Positions 48,050-58,827 of a stretch of 64,000 nucleotides of DNA are shown here, in pieces; the stretch's first letter is position 1; every line of letters begins with the position of its first letter. The translations under genes were made by a program, and so were the position numbers. Under the pieces are notes generated by a model that was not told the origin of the DNA, searched no databases, and saw only the letters and a list, made by a program, of their open reading frames with translations. Source of the stretch: an uncultured Gammaproteobacteria bacterium (lineage in GTDB: Bacteria; Patescibacteriota; Microgenomatia; UBA8517); assembly GCA_964395115.1 (NCBI GenBank), contig CAYMZX010000006.1, positions 26,041 to 90,040 of the forward strand, given 5' to 3'.

Positions 48050-50811
48050 TCGTATCCAAATTCCAGATTAGCATTATTTGTCCTTACATACAATAAAACC
48101 AACCCTTGTTTGGCTTCCTTTTGTATCTTCTCGCCTTTATCTTTTTTGTAGATTCTGCTTTCATCGTTTTTGGCGTTGTAGATTATTGAAAGAAGTGTTT
48201 CTCCTTTATCATACCAGCTTTGAATTACCTCATTAAATTCTCCCGACTTTCTATCTAAACTAAAACCCGCAAAGTAAAAATTTCTATCAAATGCAAAGAC
48301 CTCACCATCGTTATACCTTATTGTTTCTATTGAGTAAGTATCAAGTTTTTCGAATTTTCTAAATCTTCCTTCAAGTTCTAGTGTGTTTCCTGATTTATCC
48401 TTAATTATTATCTTATCTAACTTAGAAGCATCTACCTTATCTTCAAAATTTACTTCAGTTTCATTTTCGTCAATACCAACCACCACCACATCTTTTTGGT
48501 TAGGACTAAATTCTATCTTAGCTTCGGGAGGAGTTTTATCTATGTGAAAGGTGATAGTTTTAATCTCTTCAATATTTTCAGCATTATCAACTGAATAAAA
48601 CTCAACTTTGTGTTCCCCCTCGCTAGAAATAATGAAAGGCTCGGTATACTCTTTAAAGTAAGTATCATCAATATTTACACCGGTGTAATAAACTCCTAAG
48701 CCGTCCTCATTATCCTGCGGATCAAGAGTTATTTTTACATCGGATCTAAACCAGTTTTCTTCCCCCTCATCTCCTTCCAATATTATCTGGGTCTGGGGAG
48801 GAATTGTATCTATCTTCTCACCTGCCAAAATAAAGTAGCTGGTGTGATTTAGGCTTGCTGTTGCTAGTTTATTCCCAAAATCAACGCTTGTTTCTTCTTT
48901 TTGCCAGTTTATACCGTCCTCACTTGAATAAATAGAAATCGAACTCAAAAGATATTTGGAAATATCAAAATTGCTAAAATCAACGCTCAAAATAAAGTTT
49001 TGAAAAAAGCTGGTAATAGGGTTTCCTGTTGAATCAATTAACTTTAGTAAAAGTACAGGTCCTATTGATTCCAAAAAATCTGAAATTCTGACAATAGGTG
49101 AATAATTCATACTCACGGTAAGTGGTTCTTCTGAAAAGCCTTGGGGAAAATCAACCTGGAAATTCTCAAGCCTAAAATAACCTGCGTTTGAAGTAAGTTT
49201 TTCCGATAAATTAGGAATGGGCTTTGTCCAAAGATAATAACTTTTGTTTCCTGTTCTTTGTACCCCTTTGTATTCAAAAGAGTAGTCTGGCCAGGGATCC
49301 ACCTCTTGACTTTGCCAGCCAAATGGATCTGTCATACCATCCGGTCTATTATCGTCAAAATCTCCATCTCCATCCTTATCCTGAATAACCGAGAAATGAA
49401 TATGCGGAGCGCTTGATTTCCCGGTTGAACCAACCCTGCCAATCATTTCCCCCTGATTTACAAATCTTGAGGTCGCAAAACTTTGCGAAACCGGGTCATT
49501 ATCCTGAAGATGGTAGTATCTTGTTTGATATCCATTTTGGTGGTCAATAACAATTACATTTCCACAGGCAGAAGAACCACAAGCGGCATTATTTTTACCG
49601 GCGGGGTAAAAAGTCGCAATTCCAGAAGCTGCGGCTAAAACAGGATCACCTTCAAATACTTTTGCTTTCTTAAGCCAATCATAACCATCATGACCAGAAT
49701 AACTTATTGTTAAATCTCGAAATCTTCCTTCATAATTTGTAACAGAATTTTTAGCCTCTTCTGGTTCCCTCAATACACTTCCCACATCGGAAAATGGATA
49801 CTCATGGTCAAAATACGAGCCAATTGCCAGAGCAGCCTGAGAAAAAGTCAGGCCCTTTCCCTTATAATCCCAAGGTAAATCTAAAAACGGGGCAGGAGGA
49901 GAATCTCCACTTTCTTTACAAGCCAGAGAGAATAAATTCAGAAAATATTTTTCTTTTTCCGGCGAATAATCTGTATAAAGATAAAGAGGTTCTCCAGAAA
50001 CTGAAAGATAACCCTGTCCAAATCTACCTTCAGCAAGAATAGTCCTATTGTTATTTCCACTATTTTCAGAGAGTGTAAAGGCTCCCTCTGAACCCAATGA
50101 CAGACCAATAAAACAAAGCTCATCAAAACCAGTAGCAACACTTTTTAAGCTTGATGTGTTTATGGGGTTGAATACAAAGTGATCCAAAGGTCCAACTCTC
50201 CCAAAAGGACCATTTGTAATATTTGTCTCAATAGGATTAGATGTCGTACCGCAGAGATAAAAATCTATTACCTCTCCCTCTGGGAAACCATCGGCTATAC
50301 CCAATACTTCAAAAAGCTTGTTGTAATACCAGCCATCGTATCCCTGATAACCTGATCTTAAAGAGTCGGAATATCCACCTGAAGATATATAAACGACTCC
50401 ACCAGCTCGAATAAAATTTGCCAGTTCCCACGCCTCATTGTTTGTTAGTTCAGAATCAGTCAAACCCGCAAAAAACACATCTGCCGTTCTTTTTCCTGCC
50501 TGTACTAAACTTCCGGGTACTATTTGATCAACAAAGGGTTTAAACTCAATTGGGCAGCTAACAGTTCCATTTGGGCCAAATTTATTAACGTCCAGTAAAG
50601 ATTGTCTAAGGTGTTCGTTTGGGTCATTCTCAAAATAGTAGTTTGGTGAAAAACCAACAAGCGGAGCCGGATTTCTCGGAGAAGAAAAACCAGACACTTT
50701 AATTGTATCTACTGCTTTAGCTTCGGACTCTGGAAGAATAAAAAAAATTAAAAATGGAGAAAGCAAAATTATTAAAAATTTAAATAGAAATTTTTTTATT
50801 ATCATCTTCAC
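48046..50811 (-). CDS. Large secreted multidomain protein with M23 peptidase domain
   Basis: Signal peptide; HDGYD, YYHL and HIHF motifs; Ig-like DTIPP...YSVDNAEN.E...IDKTPP segment. Confidence 0.82.
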   Translation of the reverse strand: MKMIIKKFLFKFLIILLSPFLIFFILPESEAKAVDTIKVSGFSSPRNPAPLVGFSPNYYFENDPNEHLRQSLLDVNKFGPNGTVSCPIEFKPFVDQIVPGSLVQAGKRTADVFFAGLTDSELTNNEAWELANFIRAGGVVYISSGGYSDSLRSGYQGYDGWYYNKLFEVLGIADGFPEGEVIDFYLCGTTSNPIETNITNGPFGRVGPLDHFVFNPINTSSLKSVATGFDELCFIGLSLGSEGAFTLSENSGNNNRTILAEGRFGQGYLSVSGEPLYLYTDYSPEKEKYFLNLFSLACKESGDSPPAPFLDLPWDYKGKGLTFSQAALAIGSYFDHEYPFSDVGSVLREPEEAKNSVTNYEGRFRDLTISYSGHDGYDWLKKAKVFEGDPVLAAASGIATFYPAGKNNAACGSSACGNVIVIDHQNGYQTRYYHLQDNDPVSQSFATSRFVNQGEMIGRVGSTGKSSAPHIHFSVIQDKDGDGDFDDNRPDGMTDPFGWQSQEVDPWPDYSFEYKGVQRTGNKSYYLWTKPIPNLSEKLTSNAGYFRLENFQVDFPQGFSEEPLTVSMNYSPIVRISDFLESIGPVLLLKLIDSTGNPITSFFQNFILSVDFSNFDISKYLLSSISIYSSEDGINWQKEETSVDFGNKLATASLNHTSYFILAGEKIDTIPPQTQIILEGDEGEENWFRSDVKITLDPQDNEDGLGVYYTGVNIDDTYFKEYTEPFIISSEGEHKVEFYSVDNAENIEEIKTITFHIDKTPPEAKIEFSPNQKDVVVVGIDENETEVNFEDKVDASKLDKIIIKDKSGNTLELEGRFRKFEKLDTYSIETIRYNDGEVFAFDRNFYFAGFSLDRKSGEFNEVIQSWYDKGETLLSIIYNAKNDESRIYKKDKGEKIQKEAKQGLVLLYVRTNNANLEFGYE

Positions 50812-50975
50812 ATAATTTATTTTTAATAAGGACTACATATTTTTAGAATATTTGAGAAATTTTAAAATTTGCAAGAGGTAAAATTAACAAGAAGTAAAAC
50901 TCCAAACCAAGTCAAGTACCTTCCTATCGAATTTTATACTTCACCTTCAGCCACAGTTATGAGAACATATTTAAT

Positions 50976-51641
50976 ATGAGGCTTTTTACATTAGCTTTTG
51001 TACTTTTTCTGGTTTCTTTTGGCCTCGGCTTGGTAATCTTTTCCAAAAATCCAAGCTGTGCCAACACAATTTCCTGTAAAGAAAATCCCAGAGTTAAAAT
51101 CGAAAACAACACAATAGGTATATTCATGGGACGAGAAGTCCCAGTCCCAACAATCGACACGCTAGCCGATACCGCAACACCCAATATCTTGGGGGTCGAT
51201 GCCGCCGAAGGAGAAAAGCATATTTATGTTGACCTTGCCACCCAAACTCTCTATGCCTACCAAGGAAATACCCTTGTTATGAAAACTCCTATCTCCTCGG
51301 GCAGATGGGGTAGAACCCCAGTTGGAAACTTTAATATCTGGATAAAACTTCGCGCCACACGCATGTCCGGGGGAAGTGGAGCTGATTACTACAATCTCCC
51401 CAATGTCCCATGGGTAATGTACTTTTACCGTGATTTTGGTTTGCATGGAGCCTATTGGCATAATAATTTCGGCTACACCATGAGCCACGGATGTGTAAAT
51501 ATGCGTCCTATCGATGCCCGAGATTTATTCGCATGGGCAGATGGACCCGAGAAAGGGAAAAAAGGAACACCCGTTTCAATTTGTGATAGCTTCATTGAAC
51601 CAAATACTTGTATTCAGAAAAACCCCGTAAAAATAAAATGA
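50976..51641 (+). CDS. L,D-transpeptidase (YkuD family)
   Basis: ISSG...TP.G, GLHGAYWH...SHGCVNM. Confidence 0.9.
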   Translation: MRLFTLAFVLFLVSFGLGLVIFSKNPSCANTISCKENPRVKIENNTIGIFMGREVPVPTIDTLADTATPNILGVDAAEGEKHIYVDLATQTLYAYQGNTLVMKTPISSGRWGRTPVGNFNIWIKLRATRMSGGSGADYYNLPNVPWVMYFYRDFGLHGAYWHNNFGYTMSHGCVNMRPIDARDLFAWADGPEKGKKGTPVSICDSFIEPNTCIQKNPVKIK

Positions 51642-52255
51642 AAATACAAAATCTCATCATAATTTTGGCTTTTTTGGCTTTAGTCGTTGCCGGTCTAACC
51701 GCTAGCTACATGGTTGTAAAAAACATAGAGGGCCAAGAAACCCAATCTTCAGCTACACCACACGTTACCCAAGTTCAAAGCATTCCCCCCAATATTGAAA
51801 CATCCTCCCAAATATCCCCCGATGGAACAAAATTGCTTTCAATGCAAATAACCCTCAATGCCAATAAGACCAAAACCATAGAATTTACAACAACAGATGA
51901 GGACAACTCAAATCGCAAAAAAATTTATACAGCATTTGCAAAAGAAAATGAAACCTATACTCTTCCCTTCAATGCATGGTCACCAGACAATAAATACGTC
52001 TTTATCTTCAAAAACGGTCAAGAAGCTTTGGTTTTCATGGCAGACGGCGAACCTATTCTTGAAGACAAATTATATCTTGATATCCCAAAGATATTTGCAG
52101 AAAAAATCAAAGAATATTTTTATAAAGAAACGACCGGTTGGGCATCTAATAACTTACTGATAGTCAACACAGTCAAGCAAGACAGTTCTAAAGGACCATC
52201 TTTCTGGTTCGAAGTCCCCTCAAAAGCCATAATCCAATTATCGTCGCAATTTTAA
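51638..52255 (+). CDS. Membrane-anchored hypothetical protein with PD40-like motifs
   Basis: TM helix; SPDG and WSPDNKY motifs. Confidence 0.6.
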   Translation: MKIQNLIIILAFLALVVAGLTASYMVVKNIEGQETQSSATPHVTQVQSIPPNIETSSQISPDGTKLLSMQITLNANKTKTIEFTTTDEDNSNRKKIYTAFAKENETYTLPFNAWSPDNKYVFIFKNGQEALVFMADGEPILEDKLYLDIPKIFAEKIKEYFYKETTGWASNNLLIVNTVKQDSSKGPSFWFEVPSKAIIQLSSQF

Positions 52256-52347
52256 ATCAGTTTGCGGTAAATTTGGTACGTTTTTAAAACCAAATTCAAC
52301 TATTAAATGATACGGTTATGAATAAGGATTTGAGAAACTTAAACTAT

Positions 52348-53199
52348 TCAAATCTCAATATTCAGAAATTTTCTCACAATAAAACCAATTCCAAAAGTTA
52401 AAGCAGAAACACCCAAACTAATGCTTGCCATTTCTAAAAAGCGCCTTTTAAACGGCAGATCTTGCGCTACTGAAATATAGAAAGTAAAAAGAAGAATAAT
52501 AAAAATTGCAATTGCAAGTGTCAAACCCAAAGCAAGATAGACGTTAGCCGAAAGATAAAAAGGAATTACAAGAAAAAGAACAGTTACAATATACATTCCT
52601 GCTGTGTACAAAGATGCTTTTAACGGATTTTTACTTTGCATTTCAGCCTTGGTTGATAAATATTCAGAAGCCCCCATAGAAAGCGATGCGGCAATACCGG
52701 TTATAAGACCAATGACAGCGATAAGACGGGCGTTTTGCAAGGCCAAAGTTAAACCAGCTAGAGCGCCTGTCAATTCCACCAAGGCGTCATTAACTCCCAA
52801 AACCATAGAACCCACATATTTTAGCTTTTCCTCGTCCAAAAGCCCCAAAAGTCTTTTTTCGTGTTCATCCTCTTCTTTTTTAATTTTTTCTGCCTCGGGA
52901 ATTTCTTTTGAGATTTCCTGATAATTCACCTGAGCTGCCTCTTCACCCTTTTCCATAAGTTTTACTGAAAACGTAAAACCTAAAAGTCTTGCAACCAAGG
53001 AATGGAAAAAAACCTTAAAAGGTCTGGGTTTTATATCCTCTTTTGTGAAGTTTTGCCAAAACAAAGCGTGTCTTTTCTCATCCGCTGCAATATGCTTTAG
53101 TACTTCTTTATTCTTTTTTTCTTTTGTTCTTTCGGCAAGTTTGGAATAAACAAAATACTCAGTAATTTCTGTTTCTTGGGCCCGTTTAAGCTGTTCCAT
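52348..53199 (-). CDS. Rubrerythrin-like + VIT1/CCC1 transporter
   Basis: E..H motifs (DEKRH, EDEHE); VLGVNDALVE, ASLSMGASEYLS. Confidence 0.88.
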   Translation of the reverse strand: MEQLKRAQETEITEYFVYSKLAERTKEKKNKEVLKHIAADEKRHALFWQNFTKEDIKPRPFKVFFHSLVARLLGFTFSVKLMEKGEEAAQVNYQEISKEIPEAEKIKKEEDEHEKRLLGLLDEEKLKYVGSMVLGVNDALVELTGALAGLTLALQNARLIAVIGLITGIAASLSMGASEYLSTKAEMQSKNPLKASLYTAGMYIVTVLFLVIPFYLSANVYLALGLTLAIAIFIILLFTFYISVAQDLPFKRRFLEMASISLGVSALTFGIGFIVRKFLNIEI

Positions 53200-53280
53200 T
53201 ATTCGCCGGCCCAACTTTATTCTGTGCCTTCTTCTTAATCTTTCTCTCATTTGAGTTAATTTACTACTTTTTTATACTAT

Positions 53281-54087
53281 TTACCCAAACTTTTCAGTAA
53301 TTAATTTGTAAATCCTGTGACCCCTTGGAGAGGTTTCTAAAAAACTTTTATCTATTTTCTTTTTTGAGATAATTTTCCTTGCCTCATTTTTAGTCACTTT
53401 TTTTGAATGAACTAAATTCTCGTACTTTATGATTCCTTCCATTAATGAATTTTTAACTAGTTGGCTCTCGTGCTGATACATATACTGCCTTAAAAATAAT
53501 TCTAAATCTTTGGTCTCTAAAGGGTTGGGAAGTTTAACCAAATCAATTACAACTGAGTTTGATTTTGGTATCGGATAAAATTTTTCCTTTGGGATATGCA
53601 TTTTGATTTTTGCTTTAAAAAATGAACTAAAAACCCCATGTTCTTCAATCTTTCTGATAAATTTAAGTGGGACCAAAAGAATTACCTTTTGGTAGTCTAA
53701 AAAGGTGAGATTATGAAGAAACTGTTCAATAAATGAGTAAGGAGGATTTGAAATAATCTTATTATATTCTCTTTTTTGTCTGAACTTACCGTGAAGCTGA
53801 ATATACTTCCAAGCGTTTTCCCAGTGAATTTCAACATTTTTCGGAAGTCTTTGTAAAAAAGGCCTAAATCTTTTGTCTATTTCAAAGGCAATAACCCTAC
53901 CAGCCTTTTTGGCAATCTCAGCTGTCAAACCTCCAGCTCCTGCTCCTATTTCCAAAACCACATCATTTTGGTTTAAATTCGCAAAGCCGACAACCCTTCT
54001 AATAATTTTTTCATCCGTCAAAAAAAATTGATCCCTGAAAGCATCTTGCACGATTTTATACTTTGCCAGCTCTTTCTGAATATCCAT
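53281..54087 (-). CDS. rRNA adenine N6-methyltransferase family protein (KsgA/Erm-like, divergent)
   Basis: QFFL.D, VLEIGAG.G.LT, FEID, SNPPY, FYP.P...S; start MDIQK. Confidence 0.8.
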   Translation of the reverse strand: MDIQKELAKYKIVQDAFRDQFFLTDEKIIRRVVGFANLNQNDVVLEIGAGAGGLTAEIAKKAGRVIAFEIDKRFRPFLQRLPKNVEIHWENAWKYIQLHGKFRQKREYNKIISNPPYSFIEQFLHNLTFLDYQKVILLVPLKFIRKIEEHGVFSSFFKAKIKMHIPKEKFYPIPKSNSVVIDLVKLPNPLETKDLELFLRQYMYQHESQLVKNSLMEGIIKYENLVHSKKVTKNEARKIISKKKIDKSFLETSPRGHRIYKLITEKFG

Positions 54088-54188
54088 ATTCGTATTATAA
54101 TTGAAAATGCGAAGAAAAGATTCCAATAATTTGGACAAAATATCAACAATCCTATTATTATTGTAGGGATGATGGATAATAAAATAAT

Positions 54189-54713
54189 ATGAAAGAAAGG
54201 CCTTACCAAGAGCAAATCTATCAAAGCAATTTAAAAAGGGCAAGAAAGGAAGCAGTCGCTTCGCTGATACTTGGATTTGGTATTTTGGTAGGAGAAACAA
54301 TTCAGGGTATTAACCCATCTGACTACAAAGCCTTCGCAGAAAACCTCTCAAATCTAGCCAGTCAATTGGGAATTACACTAGACCCTTATTTTTTTAGGAA
54401 TCAATTATCTGGATTTTTTACGGCTCCTTTCTATCCATGTGCTGCTTCAGCTGTAATACATATTTCATCAATTTATAAACCTTGGGAAGATAAAAAACCT
54501 CTGGAAAGAAACCCAAGAAAAATACTAATACCGGCTTTTGCCTTAACATTAACACTTTTTGAAGCTGCTCAGGCAGCTACCCAAAATACGTCACTTGATA
54601 TCCATGACCTTGCAGCTTACGCGGGAGGCATAATCACTCTTTTAGTAGGTGAAAGAATTTGGGACTTTTATCGAAATTTTAATAAGCAACTAGGTGGCGA
54701 AGATTTAGGTTAA
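54189..54713 (+). CDS. Hypothetical membrane protein
   Basis: 174-aa ORF with several hydrophobic segments; FE..Q...D..D motif. Confidence 0.55.
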   Translation: MKERPYQEQIYQSNLKRARKEAVASLILGFGILVGETIQGINPSDYKAFAENLSNLASQLGITLDPYFFRNQLSGFFTAPFYPCAASAVIHISSIYKPWEDKKPLERNPRKILIPAFALTLTLFEAAQAATQNTSLDIHDLAAYAGGIITLLVGERIWDFYRNFNKQLGGEDLG

Positions 54714-54831
54714 CCCATATTATTTAGTTTCTCCAGAATAATCTTTTCTGTTTTGCAAATAGCCAAAATTACACACACTAAGAATAAATATTCAAAAATG
54801 AGAAATATGTTACACTGGTAAAAAAATTAAT

Positions 54832-57255
54832 ATGTATGAACAAGGACTATCAGAATCCCAAGCACGAAAACTTTTACTCAAATACGGACTAAATATCCTA
54901 CCTGAAAAGCCCCCGCCCGGAAATTTTGCCACCTTCATCTCCCAATTCAAAAATCCTCTTGTTTATGTCTTGGTTGTAGCTGGAACCATCACTACCATTC
55001 TTGGACACTTTCCTGACACCATTCTTATTTTTTTGGCGGTCATAGTCAACTCAATTTTAGGATTTGTTCAAGAAAAGAAAGCAAATACTGCCCTTTATTC
55101 CTTAAAGAAATTTATTTCCCAGAAAACAGAGGTTATAAGAAATGGAAAACGCAAGAAAATTGACGTTTCCAAGGTCGTCCCCGGCGATATTATCATCCTT
55201 TCCCAGGGATCAAAAGTGCCTGCCGACGGCCAACTTACTTTTGCCAATAGAATCTGTTTTGATGAAGCAATTATCAGTGGTGAAAGTGTTCCGGCTACCA
55301 AAAGAGAGAACGAACCTGTTTTTATGGGAACAACAGTTGTATCAGGACAAGGTGTTATGAAAGTAATTACCACTGGTAAAAATACAAAAGTAGGAAGGAT
55401 TGCCCTAACTATCCAAGAAACTAAAGAGGATACACCACTCAAACGGCAACTCTCCAATTTTAGTAAAAAACTGGTTTATATCATCTTAGTCTTGACATTT
55501 TTTGTTTTTATAATTGGTTTAGCACGGGGAGAGAAAGTAGTAGATATTTTTAAAATCTCTATTGCCCTTTCAGTTTCGAGCATCCCCGAAGGCCTTATTG
55601 TTTCTATGACAGCGGTTTTGGCAATCGGCATGCAAAGAATTCTCAAAAGAAAAGGGTTGGTCCGAAAGCTGGTTTCAGCTGAAACACTAGGAGGAGTAAC
55701 CACCATTTGCCTTGATAAAACCGGAACCTTAACTGAGGGAAAAATGAAAGTCACCAACTTCTCAGGAAATCAAAATGAGTTGGCACAACAAATTACTTTG
55801 GCAAACGATTTAGACGATCCACTGGTTATCGCCGGATTTGAATGGGGTCGGGCAATTATCAAGGATTCTATCCAAAAACACCTTCGGCTCGATAGCATCC
55901 CCTTCTCCCCAAAAGAGCGCTTTTTCGCAAGCCTGCATAAGTGGGATAATAATAAAAATATAATCTTTGTCAACGGAGCTCCCGATATCCTTTTGAAATG
56001 GTGTGATATAAGCCATGCTGAAGCCGTAAAAATTCAAAAAGATATCAAAAACTCAACTTCACAAGGAGAAAGAGTAATAGGATTGGCAAAAAAGGCAGTT
56101 TCAAAAGACAAAACTAGATTGACTCTAAATGACGCAAAGAAAAATTTAACTTGGGTTGGTATGCTTTCTTTTTCAGATCCAGTTAGACACGGGGTCAAAG
56201 ATGCTCTTGATAAAGCCCATAAAGCAGGAATAAAACTTATGGTTATAACCGGTGATTATCCACAAACCGCTAGACATGTTCTAAACCAACTTGGAATCTT
56301 TGTAAAACCTCAAGAAATTATGCTTGGGGACAGTCTTGAAAAATATTCAGAAGAAGAAATTTCCAAAAAAATAAGAAAGATTAAACTCTTTGCAAGAACT
56401 ACTCCTGAACAAAAGTCAAAAATAGTCAAAGCCCTCAAGAAAAATAATGAAATTGTAGCGATGATGGGGGATGGGGTTAACGACGCTTCTGCTCTTCATG
56501 AATCTGATATTGGTATTGTAGTAGCGGAGGCCAGCGACGTCGCCCGCGAGACCGCAGACTTGGTTCTTTTGGATTCCAATTTCTCAACAGTTGTTGCTGC
56601 AATTGAAGAAGGCAGGGGAATTTTTGATAATATCAGAAAAATTATTCTTTATCTTATGAGTGATGCTTTCGGGGAAATTGTGGTGGTAATCGGAGGAATT
56701 TTTATGGGACTACCACTGCCAATAACCGCTGTCCAGATACTTTGGATTAATTTAGTTTCAGATGGATTTCCATTTCTCGCCTTGACAGTTGATCCTAAAA
56801 GAAAAGATATTATGCAAACCAAACCTCGCTCTCCGAAGGAAAAGTTAGTCAATAATTGGATGATAAGCCTGATTGGAATTGTAAGTCTTGTTTCTGGAAT
56901 ATTCGCTCTTTTATTTTTTATTTGGGTATATTCCCATACTCAAAATACAATCCTTGCCCGTTCAATTGCCTTCATAACTTTGGGTTTCAACTCCCTAATT
57001 TATGTATTTTCAATAAGAACACTTCTTTCACCCTTCTGGCTTACTAATCACCTTGAAAACAAATGGCTTATAGCAGGGGTGATGGCGGGTTTTGGATTAC
57101 AAATTCTTCCTTTCACTCACCCAATTCTACGGTCATTTTTCAATATCACCACACCCTCAATTATCTATTGGATTGGGGCACTTTTTCTAGCAATAGCTTT
57201 GTTTTTTATAGTCGAAGCCTTCAAACTTGTTTACAGATTCAGGTTGATTAAATAA
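54832..57255 (+). CDS. Cation-transporting P-type ATPase (type II)
   Basis: PEGL, DKTGTLT, TGD, GDGVND, QILWINL. Confidence 0.93.
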   Translation: MYEQGLSESQARKLLLKYGLNILPEKPPPGNFATFISQFKNPLVYVLVVAGTITTILGHFPDTILIFLAVIVNSILGFVQEKKANTALYSLKKFISQKTEVIRNGKRKKIDVSKVVPGDIIILSQGSKVPADGQLTFANRICFDEAIISGESVPATKRENEPVFMGTTVVSGQGVMKVITTGKNTKVGRIALTIQETKEDTPLKRQLSNFSKKLVYIILVLTFFVFIIGLARGEKVVDIFKISIALSVSSIPEGLIVSMTAVLAIGMQRILKRKGLVRKLVSAETLGGVTTICLDKTGTLTEGKMKVTNFSGNQNELAQQITLANDLDDPLVIAGFEWGRAIIKDSIQKHLRLDSIPFSPKERFFASLHKWDNNKNIIFVNGAPDILLKWCDISHAEAVKIQKDIKNSTSQGERVIGLAKKAVSKDKTRLTLNDAKKNLTWVGMLSFSDPVRHGVKDALDKAHKAGIKLMVITGDYPQTARHVLNQLGIFVKPQEIMLGDSLEKYSEEEISKKIRKIKLFARTTPEQKSKIVKALKKNNEIVAMMGDGVNDASALHESDIGIVVAEASDVARETADLVLLDSNFSTVVAAIEEGRGIFDNIRKIILYLMSDAFGEIVVVIGGIFMGLPLPITAVQILWINLVSDGFPFLALTVDPKRKDIMQTKPRSPKEKLVNNWMISLIGIVSLVSGIFALLFFIWVYSHTQNTILARSIAFITLGFNSLIYVFSIRTLLSPFWLTNHLENKWLIAGVMAGFGLQILPFTHPILRSFFNITTPSIIYWIGALFLAIALFFIVEAFKLVYRFRLIK

Positions 57256-57318
57256 TTAAATTCTTGTGTTTGTTTCCTTAAAGACTTAACTTGAAGTATG
57301 ATATGATAGTTTGAAAAC

Positions 57319-58092
57319 ATGCAAGACTTTTTTTTACTGCTTATTTACTCTTTTATAGGAAGTGTAGCGGGATTAATTGGCGGCGTTATCTTGCTGATTC
57401 GGGCAGACTGGGCCAAGAAACTTGCTTCAGTGGCTATTCCTTTGGCAGCAGGTGTTCTTCTTTCTCTTTCATTTCTTGATCTATTACCAGAAGCCTATGA
57501 GGAGGCGGGGAGAGTTGCTTTCAGTATAATTTTGATAGTTTTTGTTGTACTTTTTTTGATAGAAAGATTTTTACTTTATCTTCATCACCACCAAGAGTAT
57601 GGTGAAAAACATACGGGCCATGGGCATACCATTGGTGAGGAAGTGGTTCCCTTGGTTATTTTTGGCGACACAATTCATAATTTTTTGGACGGAGTGGTTA
57701 TTGGCACAAGCTTCCTGGTCAACCCGGGCCTCGCCATGCTTGTTGCTTTCTCAACTTTTTTGCATGAAACCCCTCATGAAATTGCTGACTTTGGAATCTT
57801 ACTAGCTAAGGGTTGGAGTAGAAAAAAAACCTTTATAGCAAATTTTCTCTCCTCGCTAACAACTTTCCCGGGGGCGATTCTTACTTTCTACTTTGCAGAG
57901 CAAATTGAAAATGGAGTCGGTATACTTCTAGCTCTTGCAGCCGGATTTTTCCTTTACGTTGCAACCACCGATTTCTTGCCAGAGGCAACCCACGCACCCA
58001 AAAAATATTTGGGTAATCAAGCCGTCTTTTTGATTCTTGGTATTCTGGCAATTGTTGCCATGCACACCCTTTTTCCAGAGATTGGGCACTAA
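57319..58092 (+). CDS. ZIP family metal transporter
   Basis: His-rich loop, HNFLDG, HETPHE..DF. Confidence 0.9.
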   Translation: MQDFFLLLIYSFIGSVAGLIGGVILLIRADWAKKLASVAIPLAAGVLLSLSFLDLLPEAYEEAGRVAFSIILIVFVVLFLIERFLLYLHHHQEYGEKHTGHGHTIGEEVVPLVIFGDTIHNFLDGVVIGTSFLVNPGLAMLVAFSTFLHETPHEIADFGILLAKGWSRKKTFIANFLSSLTTFPGAILTFYFAEQIENGVGILLALAAGFFLYVATTDFLPEATHAPKKYLGNQAVFLILGILAIVAMHTLFPEIGH

Positions 58093-58198
58093 ATGACATC
58101 AAATGATCACAATAAAAATTACTTAGATATTGAGAAAGTTAAAAAAATCTCTTCACTTCGCACAGTTTTAGCTTCGGGATAGTGTTTTTTGGACAGCT

Positions 58199-58447
58199 TC
58201 ACAGACCCATCTTCAACCTTTTGTACTCATCAAGAACTTTTTCAGCCCAGTAAGAATTTTTAAAAACATCGCTTTTCACTATTTTATTTATATTTAAACT
58301 CAACTTTTTTCCCAACTTTTTTTGCGATTTCAAAAGAAATAGTATCCCCATTTTTTTTGAATTTTTGGCTAGATAATAAGACGCACGATAAAGGTCGGCA
58401 AGACAATCAGACAAAGGATCAAATTTATTTAGTGCCATAACCAACAA
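58199..58447 (-). CDS. Hypothetical protein
   Basis: Short ORF overlapping the end of the upstream gene (DLYRAS...AEKVLD); start uncertain. Confidence 0.55.
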   Translation of the reverse strand: MLVMALNKFDPLSDCLADLYRASYYLAKNSKKMGILFLLKSQKKLGKKLSLNINKIVKSDVFKNSYWAEKVLDEYKRLKMGL

Positions 58448-58766
58448 AATATTTCTTTATAATAGCATGAAATTTCTTGCGGATTTTTGGACTCAAAATT
58501 TCCATACTGTCGTTACCAAGGCGAGGTCGAATATTAAGAACAGCCATTGTGTCAACTTGGTTATCAATCAAATTAACTCCGCCACCCCAAATATCATCCC
58601 CTCTGCTTCCTTTTTCAAGTAAAATCTGTTCGGCATCTGCATGTAACTTACCCCCAGCAACAACCCATTTTTTTTCGACATCAATCGTCAATTTGATGTA
58701 ATCACCATATTTTCTGCGCAATCTTGATATATCCTCTTTAGTAAGTTTTTTATCTATAAAATCCAC
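58425..58766 (-). CDS. DUF5674-like protein
   Basis: IK..IDV, GG.LHAD.E..LL..GS...IWGG, NIRP...N.SMEI. Confidence 0.7.
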   Translation of the reverse strand: MDFIDKKLTKEDISRLRRKYGDYIKLTIDVEKKWVVAGGKLHADAEQILLEKGSRGDDIWGGGVNLIDNQVDTMAVLNIRPRLGNDSMEILSPKIRKKFHAIIKKYFVGYGTK

Positions 58767-58827
58767 ACCCAGATTTTACCACAATTTTTAAAGAAGCTAA
58801 TCCAAAGAATCGATAACAAATTACAAG

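Noticed and set aside
54832-57255. P-type ATPase with SGES in place of TGES as an inactive pump
   Set aside because: The change is conservative; the Glu and all other catalytic motifs are intact.
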